Assembly (NCBI GenBank): GCA_964643045.1
Contig: CAZXSC010000004.1
Span: 2,208-66,207 of the forward strand
Length of the DNA: 64,000 nucleotides
Source: an uncultured Rhodospirillaceae bacterium
Lineage (GTDB): Bacteria > Pseudomonadota > Alphaproteobacteria > Rhodospirillales > UBA2165
Reading direction: 5' to 3'
Positions 1 to 8,767 of this stretch are shown piece by piece (position 1 is the first letter of the stretch; every line of letters starts with the position of its first letter). A program made the translations under genes and the position numbers. The notes under the pieces are model-generated. The model worked only from the letters and a program-made list of their open reading frames with translations. It ran no database searches and had not been told where the DNA came from.

Positions 1-1203
1 ACTATGGTCGGTGTTAATGGGTTAATCAGTGTCTGGCAAGGCCGTGCGCTTCAAGGCTGGTTTCTATTTTCTCTAGCTATAGGCTTAGGCATACTGACAA
101 AAGGTCCTATTATTTTAGTCTACCTCTTGCCGATAGCTCTGCTTGCACCCTACTGGGCTAATAATCGTAAAAAGAAAACCTGGATCAGCTGGTATCTTGG
201 GATTATTGGTAGCGTAATTATTGGCATAGGAATTGCCTTGGTATGGGCTATACCTGCTGCAATAGCGGGCGGCGAAGAATATCGCAATGCGATATTCTGG
301 GGCCAATCAGCCGGACGTGTAATAAAATCTTTTGCGCACCAAAAACCAGTTTGGTGGTACATTATCATCATACCAGGGTTGTTAATGCCTTGGATATTAT
401 GGCCAAGCATATTGCGTAAGATTTGGTTTAACGTTCGTCATTTACGACTGGGCATAAATGATCCCGGAATGCGCCTAGTACTAATCTGGATTATTTCAAC
501 ACTATTAGTACTCTCCATGATCAGTGGAAAACAGCCGCACTATCTTCTACCTATATTTCCCGCTTTAGGAATAGCTTATGCTGTGGTTGTCGCAAGCCTG
601 AGCGAAAAAGATTTCTTTTCAGGTCGATGGGACATGCTTCCCCTAGCCATTTTATTTTTCACATTGGGTACGTCAGTAGCATTTATCTCGGAATTTAGTT
701 CTAGTTTAAATATGTCAGATTGGTCTTCGGAAATAGTTCGCTGGTGGTGCCTCCCCTTGATAGGATCCGGGTTGTTTGTAATTATCAACCCTCCGGACAT
801 TGGTTACCGACGCTTATCTTCAATTTTCTTATTAAGTCCAATCCTTGTAATTTCCATGACTGGTGCGTTAAAGCCAACTTTATCAAGAGCGTACGATCTA
901 CGCCCCATTTCAACCTATATAGCTAAATTACAGAGTAAAGGATACACGATTGCCTATTACGGAAAATACCATGGTCAGTTCCACTTCTTGGGACGATTGG
1001 ATAAACGTATAGTAATAACTGGTGATGGAGAAATAAAGGCGTGGCTAAATAGAACACCTCAAGCTAAAATCGTGTCGGTACGTGGTGCCATGAATGATAG
1101 ATTGCCTAGGCCAGAATTCTTCCAAAAGTATCGGGACAAATATTTACTGGTATGGGATCGATCGACAGTGCTCGCTAATTCAAAAGCTCCTCAACGGCAA
1201 TAA
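1..1203 (+). CDS. Glycosyltransferase family 39 / ArnT-like polytopic membrane protein, C-terminal part (5' end outside window)
   Basis: ORF 4..1203 is open to base 1. It has many hydrophobic helices (e.g. FLFSLAIGLGILTKGPIILVYLLPIALLAPYW) followed by a ~100-aa soluble tail, as in PMT/ArnT-type glycosyltransferases. The family call is by resemblance only. Confidence 0.5.
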   Translation, partial: TMVGVNGLISVWQGRALQGWFLFSLAIGLGILTKGPIILVYLLPIALLAPYWANNRKKKTWISWYLGIIGSVIIGIGIALVWAIPAAIAGGEEYRNAIFWGQSAGRVIKSFAHQKPVWWYIIIIPGLLMPWILWPSILRKIWFNVRHLRLGINDPGMRLVLIWIISTLLVLSMISGKQPHYLLPIFPALGIAYAVVVASLSEKDFFSGRWDMLPLAILFFTLGTSVAFISEFSSSLNMSDWSSEIVRWWCLPLIGSGLFVIINPPDIGYRRLSSIFLLSPILVISMTGALKPTLSRAYDLRPISTYIAKLQSKGYTIAYYGKYHGQFHFLGRLDKRIVITGDGEIKAWLNRTPQAKIVSVRGAMNDRLPRPEFFQKYRDKYLLVWDRSTVLANSKAPQRQ

Positions 1204-1210
1204 CTATTAT

Positions 1211-1897
1211 TTATAATTCTAACCCATCAAACACTTGCCGCACCAGCGACAAAGTAATACCTCTTTTTTGAGTCAAGGCCAGCTCATTCGCAATTCTAAC
1301 AAAGTTCCGAGCTGATTCCAAAGACCGCTCCATTCTCCTCATAATATAATCAATCACGCCAACGTCTACTCTCACTTGTTGATCGGAAAATAATTTAACT
1401 AATACAGCTCTGATGAGATCATCTTCCGGGTTCCCGATAACAACCATTTGTGAAGACTTGATGCGAGATCCCAAGTCTGCCAATTTAAACTTCCAATCAA
1501 CGGGATTACTGATCGATGTAATGAGCATGTGACCACCGTGTAAAGAAAGCTCATTATAAAAATGAAATAATAATTCCTCACTAAAATCTTTGAAAAGACT
1601 TATATCACTATCATCAATCACAAAATTATCACTTGACGCGAGTAAGTCAGCCAAAACAGTAGACCTTACAATATCCCGTGTAAGCAATCGAGCTCCACTG
1701 ATCACCATAAAAACGTTACTGAGATGGGTCTTTCCGCATCCAGGGGGGCCACGTAAAATAAGAACGGGTGTTGGCCAATTTGGCCACTTATCAATCCAAG
1801 AAACAGCTTCTTGATTGCTGGTTGCAACCAAAAAATCGCCACCTCCCAAGGAGGGACGATGGTCAAAGTCGAAAAGTAGCTGTCTGTTATAGTTCAA
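1211..1897 (-). CDS. hdaA: DnaA regulatory inactivator HdaA (Hda family)
   Basis: 228 aa. The N-terminal QLLFDF resembles the beta-clamp-binding motif of Hda proteins. The DnaA-like AAA+ core has GPPGCGKTHL. It lies directly downstream of a PerM-like gene and near purMN, as in many Proteobacteria. Confidence 0.85.
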   Translation of the reverse strand: MNYNRQLLFDFDHRPSLGGGDFLVATSNQEAVSWIDKWPNWPTPVLILRGPPGCGKTHLSNVFMVISGARLLTRDIVRSTVLADLLASSDNFVIDDSDISLFKDFSEELLFHFYNELSLHGGHMLITSISNPVDWKFKLADLGSRIKSSQMVVIGNPEDDLIRAVLVKLFSDQQVRVDVGVIDYIMRRMERSLESARNFVRIANELALTQKRGITLSLVRQVFDGLEL

Positions 1898-1899
1898 GG

Positions 1900-2976
1900 C
1901 TACCTATCACGATCCGAGAAACCTAAATATAGCGAACTCTTAAGGTACTGCGCTAAGAAAAAGCGTACCAAGACACCAATTGTCGCAGCAACCGGAACCG
2001 CTAGAAGTATTCCTGTGAAGCCGAACATTGATCCTCCAACCATTAGAGAAAAAATTACCCAAATCGCATGAAGGCCTACTTTCTCACCAACTAATCTAGG
2101 CGTCAAGAACATCGACTCTATAGCCTGCCCAATTCCAAAAACAGCAAAAACTAAAACGACTTCAATAATCTCACCAAATTGCGCAATTGAGATTAGTAGG
2201 GCTACTACCATCCCTATTAACATGCCAAAATAGGGAATAAATGAAATGAAACCAGTCACAACCCCTACCATCAGACCAAAATCCAAGCCTACAATAGTTA
2301 AACCAACACCATAAAAAATCGCCAAGAATAAGCAAACGGTGCCTTGCCCTCGCACGAAACCTGCGATTGTTGAATCAATGTCTAACGCTATAAGTCGTAT
2401 ACTAGAAGCAAAGCCCCGTGGTAGCCACCCATCAATTTTAGAGACAATTTTATCCCAGTCTCGAAGAAAATAAAAGCATACTACAGGTGTTACTAACAAC
2501 AGAGAAAGTGCATTAAAAACCGCCAATCCTCCTTTCACTATCCCCTTCAGCAGCCCCGCAAACCATGTGACCAGCGTGCCGTTATAAGTTTCAGAATTTC
2601 CCGAAAAAGGGTCTAGCTTTTCAGAAGATACACTTTCCGATAATATCTCACTGAATGGCGCCAGCCAGTTTTTTAAATTATGGACCAGCGCAGGCATCTT
2701 GCCAAAAAAACCGAGAACCTGGCTTTGTAAAAGAGGAAAAACCATTACTAGGATTAAAATAGCTATTGCAAAAAAAGAAACGGTTATTAAGGAGGTAGCG
2801 ATCGTACGAGAAAAACCAAATGTTTCGAGTTTATCAGCCAATGGATCTAAAAAATAGGCTACAGCCACACCCGCAACAAATGGCATCAATATACTGCTAG
2901 CGAAAAAGATAAAAGAGATACTAATTAATAAAGCCGTAACCCAGATCCAAAACTGTTGCCCTCTTTTAACTTCCAT
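1900..2976 (-). CDS. AI-2E family (PerM/YhhT-like) transporter
   Basis: Polytopic membrane ORF 1900..3036. I moved the start to ATG 2976 (MEVKRGQQFWIW...) because the longest ORF would overlap the upstream gene by 71 nt. Confidence 0.8.
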   Translation of the reverse strand: MEVKRGQQFWIWVTALLISISFIFFASSILMPFVAGVAVAYFLDPLADKLETFGFSRTIATSLITVSFFAIAILILVMVFPLLQSQVLGFFGKMPALVHNLKNWLAPFSEILSESVSSEKLDPFSGNSETYNGTLVTWFAGLLKGIVKGGLAVFNALSLLLVTPVVCFYFLRDWDKIVSKIDGWLPRGFASSIRLIALDIDSTIAGFVRGQGTVCLFLAIFYGVGLTIVGLDFGLMVGVVTGFISFIPYFGMLIGMVVALLISIAQFGEIIEVVLVFAVFGIGQAIESMFLTPRLVGEKVGLHAIWVIFSLMVGGSMFGFTGILLAVPVAATIGVLVRFFLAQYLKSSLYLGFSDRDR

Positions 2977-3544
2977 TTCCGTCTCCCGACTCAATACGAG
3001 CTGCCCGCATACCCCAAACACACACATAAGCTGCACCTGATGCTAATGTTGTTATAGAAACGGCATAAACCATTATTTTGATGATTTCACCATCAGCCAG
3101 AGAATATCCATTTAGACCCAAGATCAGTGTCACCAAAATGAATTGCATTGCAGTATTTATTTTACTTATCAATAAGGGTTCCATCTTAAGGTTTTGATGA
3201 AGCAGATAAAATAAGAACGCGCCAACAAGAATAAGTCCATCTCTAAAAACCACCAGCAGTATGATCCACGACTCAAGATATCCGACTTTACCCAATGTTA
3301 CAAATACGCTGACCAAAAGAGCTTTATCCGCTATAGGATCAAGGAAACCGCCCAATTCTGTCTGAAGATTGAATCTCTTTGCAATAAAACCATCAAGAGC
3401 ATCACTGATTCCGGCTAAAACAAATATCCAGAAAGCCTCTAAAACTTGGTTATTCAAAATCAACCAAACCATTAATGGAACACACAGCAACCGCATTAAG
3501 CTAATTAAATTCGGAATATTTGAGTGAATATCTTCTCTACTCAT
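2966..3544 (-). CDS. CDP-alcohol phosphatidyltransferase family protein (PgsA-like)
   Basis: Carries the signature DG(x2)A[KR](x8)G(x3)D(x3)D, seen as DALDGFIAKRFNLQTELGGFLDPIADK. 192 aa with ~5 TM helices. Confidence 0.85.
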   Translation of the reverse strand: MSREDIHSNIPNLISLMRLLCVPLMVWLILNNQVLEAFWIFVLAGISDALDGFIAKRFNLQTELGGFLDPIADKALLVSVFVTLGKVGYLESWIILLVVFRDGLILVGAFLFYLLHQNLKMEPLLISKINTAMQFILVTLILGLNGYSLADGEIIKIMVYAVSITTLASGAAYVCVWGMRAARIESGDGNGS

Positions 3545-4710
3545 TTTTGATCTACACTATGTTTCATCAATGATCCCTTTGACTGTTGGAATTTCACGGT
3601 CCAACTGCCTTGTCCCTCAGATAGTTCCATATCTACCTGGGCCAACGCTAATTTCAATTGTTTGTTTTCACCAATAAAATGAATATTCAACCGAACTTCG
3701 GTCCGAGAAAATAAAATTAGGTCAATACGCTCAATAACGGCGATCTTTTCAAACCGTTTCTTTGCATGGACCCACTCTTTTAAGCCTTTAATAGGCAATA
3801 CTGCAGCGATCACGCCTACACTATCATATCTAAGTAAATTTTCCGCTTTCCATAGATCTTCAATTATAAAAATGAGTTCATTGGCGGAACGGCTTAATAG
3901 GGCACCAACGCCTTCATCCTTTATTGCTCTTATCTGAGTTGCATAAAGTTTTTCACTCTTATTCTGGCTATAACGTGAGACTGTAATATCAAGCACTTTC
4001 AGCCCCTGGCCAGTAGAACCGAGGGATGCAAAAACCACTAAAACTGTACTGACTTTATGCCTCTTAGCAATGGCGAGAATTCTCTGCTTATCACCCTTAA
4101 CAGCAAGTTCAGCACTCATCAAAGATATATCAGTCAAATCTCCTTTACCAAAAACCATAGGAACCAAACCCGACATCCGAGTTTTGATTTTTGCCTTTTT
4201 CAATTTAGAAGCTTCTATCCAGGCTTCCCGCCAAGAATTGGGGTTATCCCAGAGAGAGACTGCCCCAGCCACTTGGTAGATAGGTAATATGAGTAATGGC
4301 TTACTTATTGTTTCCGCAAAACCAACTTCATTTTCACGAAGTAACTGACGAATATCCCCGGGCTTGAAACGAAAGGTTAAATCAGCAAGATATCGGATTT
4401 GTGAGTTTTTTTCATTAGAGATACCAAAATCCTGAACGTATGGAGAAATTTCCTCGGCATTCAATTTGGGTAAACGATTGTGGTCGATTCGCATCGTTAA
4501 GCGCCTCAACAATGAGTTAAAAGCCTCTTTTTCCCCAACCGATAACGCTTCTTTCCGGGCAGCCGAAGCAGTATTTGCTGTAACATCAACATGAATATTC
4601 GATACCGTAAACGCATCTTGAAATTCGGTAGTCGCTTGGCAACTTACACCATACGAAAAACCGAACACAAAAATAATCAATAAAATCAAAAGACTAAATA
4701 AACGATACAT
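3541..4710 (-). CDS. Secreted protein of unknown function (probable DUF2066 family)
   Basis: ORF 3541..4806 trimmed to ATG 4710, where MYRLFSLLILLIIFVFGFSYGVSCQA reads as a signal peptide. No catalytic motif recognised. The DUF2066 label rests on recalled synteny beside purM/hda, not on a search. Confidence 0.6.
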   Translation of the reverse strand: MYRLFSLLILLIIFVFGFSYGVSCQATTEFQDAFTVSNIHVDVTANTASAARKEALSVGEKEAFNSLLRRLTMRIDHNRLPKLNAEEISPYVQDFGISNEKNSQIRYLADLTFRFKPGDIRQLLRENEVGFAETISKPLLILPIYQVAGAVSLWDNPNSWREAWIEASKLKKAKIKTRMSGLVPMVFGKGDLTDISLMSAELAVKGDKQRILAIAKRHKVSTVLVVFASLGSTGQGLKVLDITVSRYSQNKSEKLYATQIRAIKDEGVGALLSRSANELIFIIEDLWKAENLLRYDSVGVIAAVLPIKGLKEWVHAKKRFEKIAVIERIDLILFSRTEVRLNIHFIGENKQLKLALAQVDMELSEGQGSWTVKFQQSKGSLMKHSVDQK

Positions 4711-4908
4711 TGTAGTTTGCAAAATATTTACAATGTGAAAACAAGACCTCTTTTTACTACTTTCCACGTTCAAGCCGCCTAACAAATAAAAATACCAAAA
4801 TTTCATTTTGAACCGTTCATTATTAAGTATGTTCTTTTTTTGTTTATTTAGTTAATTTAGCACGTTACCCCGCAGGTAAAAGGGTTTTAGTGTGAAGAGG
4901 TTGTCAAA

Positions 4909-5991
4909 ATTTCATCTAAAATTAAAAAAACAAGTCTTTCCTACAAAGATACTGGTGTGGATATACGTGCAGGAAATGCGCTTGTTAGGGCAATCAAGCC
5001 AATAGCAAGAAAAACAAACCGTCCTGGGGTTATAGGAAGTGTCGGTGGGTTTGGCGGTCTTTTTGATCTTAATTCTGCGGGTTTTAAAGACCCTATTTTG
5101 ATTGCAGCAACAGATGGCGTAGGCACCAAGCTTAAAATCGCCCATGAAACTGGCATTCATAAGACTATTGGCATTGACCTCGTCGCAATGTGTGTAAATG
5201 ACCTGGTTACTCAAGGTGGAGAACCTCTTTTTTTCTTAGATTATTTAGCGACGGGAAAACTTGATACCAAAACGGCTACCGATATCATCAATAGTATCGC
5301 CGAAGGGTGTTTATCGTCTGGCGCCGCACTGATCGGTGGAGAAACAGCTGAAATGCCAGGGTTATACGGAAATGGCGAATACGATTTAGCCGGGTTCAGT
5401 GTAGGTGCTGTAGAACGCAATGATTTACTTCCAAGAAAAGATATTGTTGTAAATGATATTATACTTGGTCTTGCATCAAATGGTCTCCACTCAAATGGAT
5501 TCTCTCTGGTACGGGAAATCGTAAAAAGGAATGGCCTCAAGTTTGACAAACCTGCTCCATTTAACACAAAGCGGTTACTTGGTGATGTTTTATTAGAGCC
5601 GACCCGTATTTATGTTAAGAGCTGTTTAAAGGCCATTAAAACAGGAGGTGTTAAGGCTTTAGCCCATATAACAGGCGGTGGATTAACAGAAAATGTTCCG
5701 CGTGTCCTACCCGAAGGTCTAGGAGTGGATTTATATGCTAGAGCTTGGGATCTACCTGTCGTTTTTTCATGGCTTGCTAAATCTGGGAAAATTGCTCCAT
5801 CAGAAATGCTACGCACGTTTAATTGTGGCATAGGAATGATAATTATTGCCTCACCAAATCAAGCTCCTGGCCTACAAAAGCTTCTTCACCAACAAGGCGA
5901 AACCATAATTCCGATCGGAAAAGTGGTTAGCCGCTCACAAGGTGAGACTGTTATAATTCACGATATGGATCAAATTTGGGAGGTCCAATGA
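4909..5991 (+). CDS. purM: Phosphoribosylformylglycinamidine cyclo-ligase (AIR synthetase)
   Basis: Strong PurM sequence ([37 protein letters not shown]). The tracked ORF starts at GTG 4957, but the conserved [11 protein letters not shown] is encoded in frame upstream. The provisional start is ATT 4909, 8 nt after GAAGAGG (see finding). Confidence 0.9.
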   Translation: MSSKIKKTSLSYKDTGVDIRAGNALVRAIKPIARKTNRPGVIGSVGGFGGLFDLNSAGFKDPILIAATDGVGTKLKIAHETGIHKTIGIDLVAMCVNDLVTQGGEPLFFLDYLATGKLDTKTATDIINSIAEGCLSSGAALIGGETAEMPGLYGNGEYDLAGFSVGAVERNDLLPRKDIVVNDIILGLASNGLHSNGFSLVREIVKRNGLKFDKPAPFNTKRLLGDVLLEPTRIYVKSCLKAIKTGGVKALAHITGGGLTENVPRVLPEGLGVDLYARAWDLPVVFSWLAKSGKIAPSEMLRTFNCGIGMIIIASPNQAPGLQKLLHQQGETIIPIGKVVSRSQGETVIIHDMDQIWEVQ

Positions 5992-6644
5992 CTATGGGCA
6001 CCAGAATGAAGCTCGGCGTATTAATCTCCGGACGAGGAAGTAATCTACAATCAATTATAAATGCTTCTGAAGCAAAAGACTTTCCGGCAGACATCAACAT
6101 CGTTATTGCAAATATTCCGAATATTAACGGTTTGAGGATAGCAAAAAAAGCAAGCATTCCAACTAAAATAATAAAACATGAGTGCTATAAAGAGCGTGAA
6201 TCTTTCGAAGACGCAATTCATAGTGCGTTAACAAAAGCCGGGGTAGATTTAATTTGCCTTGCAGGCTTTATGAGAATACTAACAGACACGTTCGTTAACC
6301 GTTGGTCAAATAAGGTGATTAACATCCATCCATCGTTATTACCTTCTTTTAAAGGCCTAAATACGCACAAACGCGCTATCGAAGCGGGCGTAAAATTCTC
6401 GGGGTGCACCGTTCACTTCGTCCGACCAAATATGGATGAAGGACCGATAATTATCCAGTCTGTAGTCGCCATCCAACCAAAAGATACCCCTGATTCACTA
6501 GCGAGCCGTATATTGGCCGAAGAACACAAAATTTATCCTTTAGCTATTCGATTAATAGCAAACGACAAAATCTCAATAAAAAATGGGCTAGTTAAAATAA
6601 AAGGCTCTGTTACTCCCCAGACAACCTTGACTAATCCGGCTTAA
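5988..6644 (+). CDS. purN: Phosphoribosylglycinamide formyltransferase
   Basis: Motifs [24 protein letters not shown] and GCTVHFV. ATG 5988 overlaps the purM stop (ATGA) and is preceded by GGGAGG. ATG 5994 or 6006 are alternative starts. Confidence 0.9.
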   Translation: MTMGTRMKLGVLISGRGSNLQSIINASEAKDFPADINIVIANIPNINGLRIAKKASIPTKIIKHECYKERESFEDAIHSALTKAGVDLICLAGFMRILTDTFVNRWSNKVINIHPSLLPSFKGLNTHKRAIEAGVKFSGCTVHFVRPNMDEGPIIIQSVVAIQPKDTPDSLASRILAEEHKIYPLAIRLIANDKISIKNGLVKIKGSVTPQTTLTNPA

Positions 6645-6769
6645 TGAAAATACATTCAACAAAATTCCAGATGAAAATTTTTTGAATTAGTTAAATAGAC
6701 GAATTCCTAATCTGTTTGTTCAAAAAATCCACCTAAATCAATATACTTGGAAGAAAAAATAGAAACGAA

Positions 6770-8602
6770 ATGCAACTAAGAAATTGGCAACAAAAAATCA
6801 TTGACACCTTTCCAATGATTATAAAACAAAATAATCGCTTTATACTCAAAGCCCCAACAGGCGCTGGAAAGACTGTGCTAGCAAGTGAAATTATCGAGAG
6901 GTTTTATAAAAAGAAAAAAATTTTAGTACTTTGCCATAGACTAGTTTTGCTAGAGCAACTTGAACAAGCCCTCAGTGTTAAACATAACGTCCGAAAGTTG
7001 GAGGTGTCTGATAGGGGTCTCGCTTTTGAGGATTATGATGTTCTGTTGTCCACTAATATGCGTGCGAAAAACGTTTTGACCGATGCTATCCCAAAAGCAG
7101 ATTTGATAATTGTTGATGAAGCTCACCGAGTATCACCTAATGGACGGGGGTACAAAAGAATCATCGACGAATTCAATAGTAAAGGTAAGAAAACCGCCCA
7201 ATTTATCGGCCTCACGGCTTCGCCAGAACGACGAACTGGAGATCAGAAGGACCAACTCAATCTTGCTTTTAACACTATAATTGATTGTGCGAATATTGAA
7301 GACTTAATTAATGATGATGTTCTAGTGCGACCTGAATATCGGACTCATTTTGTGCACGACCTTGATCTAGATACGATTGATATCAGTTCTGGCGATTTCC
7401 CAGTTTCATCTCTAGCTCCAGCGATTATCAAGTCATCTATGATTGACTATGCAATTTGGAGTTACAATGAAGAACGAGCAAAATTCTCAAAACCAATTTC
7501 AGCATGGTTTTGTGCAGACATTAGCGTTGCCGAAGCTACTTTAAATGTCATTCAAGGGTCAGGAATCAAGGCAGCTATTGTCACTGCTGGAACTCCAATC
7601 AAGGAACGAATGAAGCTTCTGGTTGATCATGAACACGGCAACATTGAAGCTATGGTTTCTGTTGGCGTGTTGGCTGAAGGTTGGGATAACCCTCACTGCA
7701 ACATTATTGTGCATTTGAGACCAACGCTTTCCAAAGTACTCTGGGGCCAATCGGTCGGCCGTGGTTTAAGAGCCGCTCCAGGCAAGAAAAAATGTGTGGT
7801 GATCGATGTCAGTTCCAACTGGAGTACCTTCGGCCCGGTAGAAAAATTGGAATGGAGTCTATGGAGCCACCGCCGTTCCTATATGCAGTTTATGAATCGA
7901 TTTAACTGGATCGGACAGCAACAAGGTGGCGATGAAGACAATGAAATTTATTTACTCTGCAAAAACGAAATGCCTAATGGCACACGTTGCTCACTCATTT
8001 ACAAGAAAAATGAATATGAAGATGATGCGTGTCCAATTTGCAAAACTTACGCGGCAATTGACATATATAAGGAACGAAAGCTAGACACCTCATTAAACGA
8101 AAACAAACTTCACGATTTATTTTTCAAACGGGTGCCTCAAGTCTACAAAGAAATGAATATATCAATTTGGAGCGGCCTCGGTCCGACAGCATGGAAATCC
8201 GCTGAACCAAAAGAACAAGTGTTCCTCGCCTTTTGCATGGCTTTTAAAGAAGTTTCGGCAGAACCCACAAAATCAGAATCGGACTATTGGGACGCCGCCC
8301 TAGCGACAGAGTCTTATATTCGAGGTTATTTAGTTGAAAACAATATAAAAATCACAAAGCAAGAGGATTTCAATCTTTCCGATATTGCCGACGGCATGTC
8401 TGCCGGAACAAAAGTTAGGGCTCTTAAGGCTAATTATGGAATTTCACTCTGTGGAGATGTGTTTAAAAATCATAATGGTCCTGAATGTGAGCGCAAATAT
8501 CAAAAAGCCATTAAAATAGCTGAACGCCTAGCTATGATTGGTTGCTCCTCGCAAGATAATTTACCCTATTTTAATGCAACAGATCATTTAGCCTCACGTT
8601 AA
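6770..8602 (+). CDS. SF2 DEAH-box helicase, RadD-like (COG1061 type), with C-terminal Zn-ribbon and unassigned tail
   Basis: Walker A APTGAGKT (6851-6874), DEAH (7115-7126), GLTASP, and motif VI QSVGRGLR followed by APGKKKCVVID, which resembles E. coli RadD. A four-Cys cluster (C397, C407, C421, C424) spans 7958-8041. The last ~180 aa have no recognisable motif. Confidence 0.75.
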   Translation: MQLRNWQQKIIDTFPMIIKQNNRFILKAPTGAGKTVLASEIIERFYKKKKILVLCHRLVLLEQLEQALSVKHNVRKLEVSDRGLAFEDYDVLLSTNMRAKNVLTDAIPKADLIIVDEAHRVSPNGRGYKRIIDEFNSKGKKTAQFIGLTASPERRTGDQKDQLNLAFNTIIDCANIEDLINDDVLVRPEYRTHFVHDLDLDTIDISSGDFPVSSLAPAIIKSSMIDYAIWSYNEERAKFSKPISAWFCADISVAEATLNVIQGSGIKAAIVTAGTPIKERMKLLVDHEHGNIEAMVSVGVLAEGWDNPHCNIIVHLRPTLSKVLWGQSVGRGLRAAPGKKKCVVIDVSSNWSTFGPVEKLEWSLWSHRRSYMQFMNRFNWIGQQQGGDEDNEIYLLCKNEMPNGTRCSLIYKKNEYEDDACPICKTYAAIDIYKERKLDTSLNENKLHDLFFKRVPQVYKEMNISIWSGLGPTAWKSAEPKEQVFLAFCMAFKEVSAEPTKSESDYWDAALATESYIRGYLVENNIKITKQEDFNLSDIADGMSAGTKVRALKANYGISLCGDVFKNHNGPECERKYQKAIKIAERLAMIGCSSQDNLPYFNATDHLASR

Positions 8603-8767
8603 TATTTCTTTTAATGGTCACCTTCAAAAACCTCCCATTCATCAAATAAATTCCTGATCAAAGTACTTGGTTTGATACCTCTTCGCCCTATTTAATCCAT
8701 CAACTGACCATTAATCAAATAGTTACTCCCGGCCGTCCTTTCTAAAACTTCCATTTTACTTTTTAGT

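Noticed and set aside
2977-3036. 20-codon N-terminal extension of the AI-2E ORF (MQLMCVFGVCGQLVLSRETE).
   Set aside because: It would overlap the upstream CDP-alcohol transferase gene by 71 nt. The internal ATG 2976 gives a normal short overlap, so the extension is treated as an ORF-calling artefact.
4912-5214. 100-aa minus-strand ORF overlapping the purM 5' region.
   Set aside because: It lies opposite the highly conserved PurM N-terminal coding sequence, is Cys/Asn/Lys-rich and has no motif. It is a shadow ORF.
6654-6687. Imperfect A/T-only inverted repeat (ATTCAACAAAATT...AAATTTTTTGAAT) just after purN, considered as a terminator.
   Set aside because: The stem is entirely A/T with mismatches, so it is not distinguishable from background AT-rich sequence.
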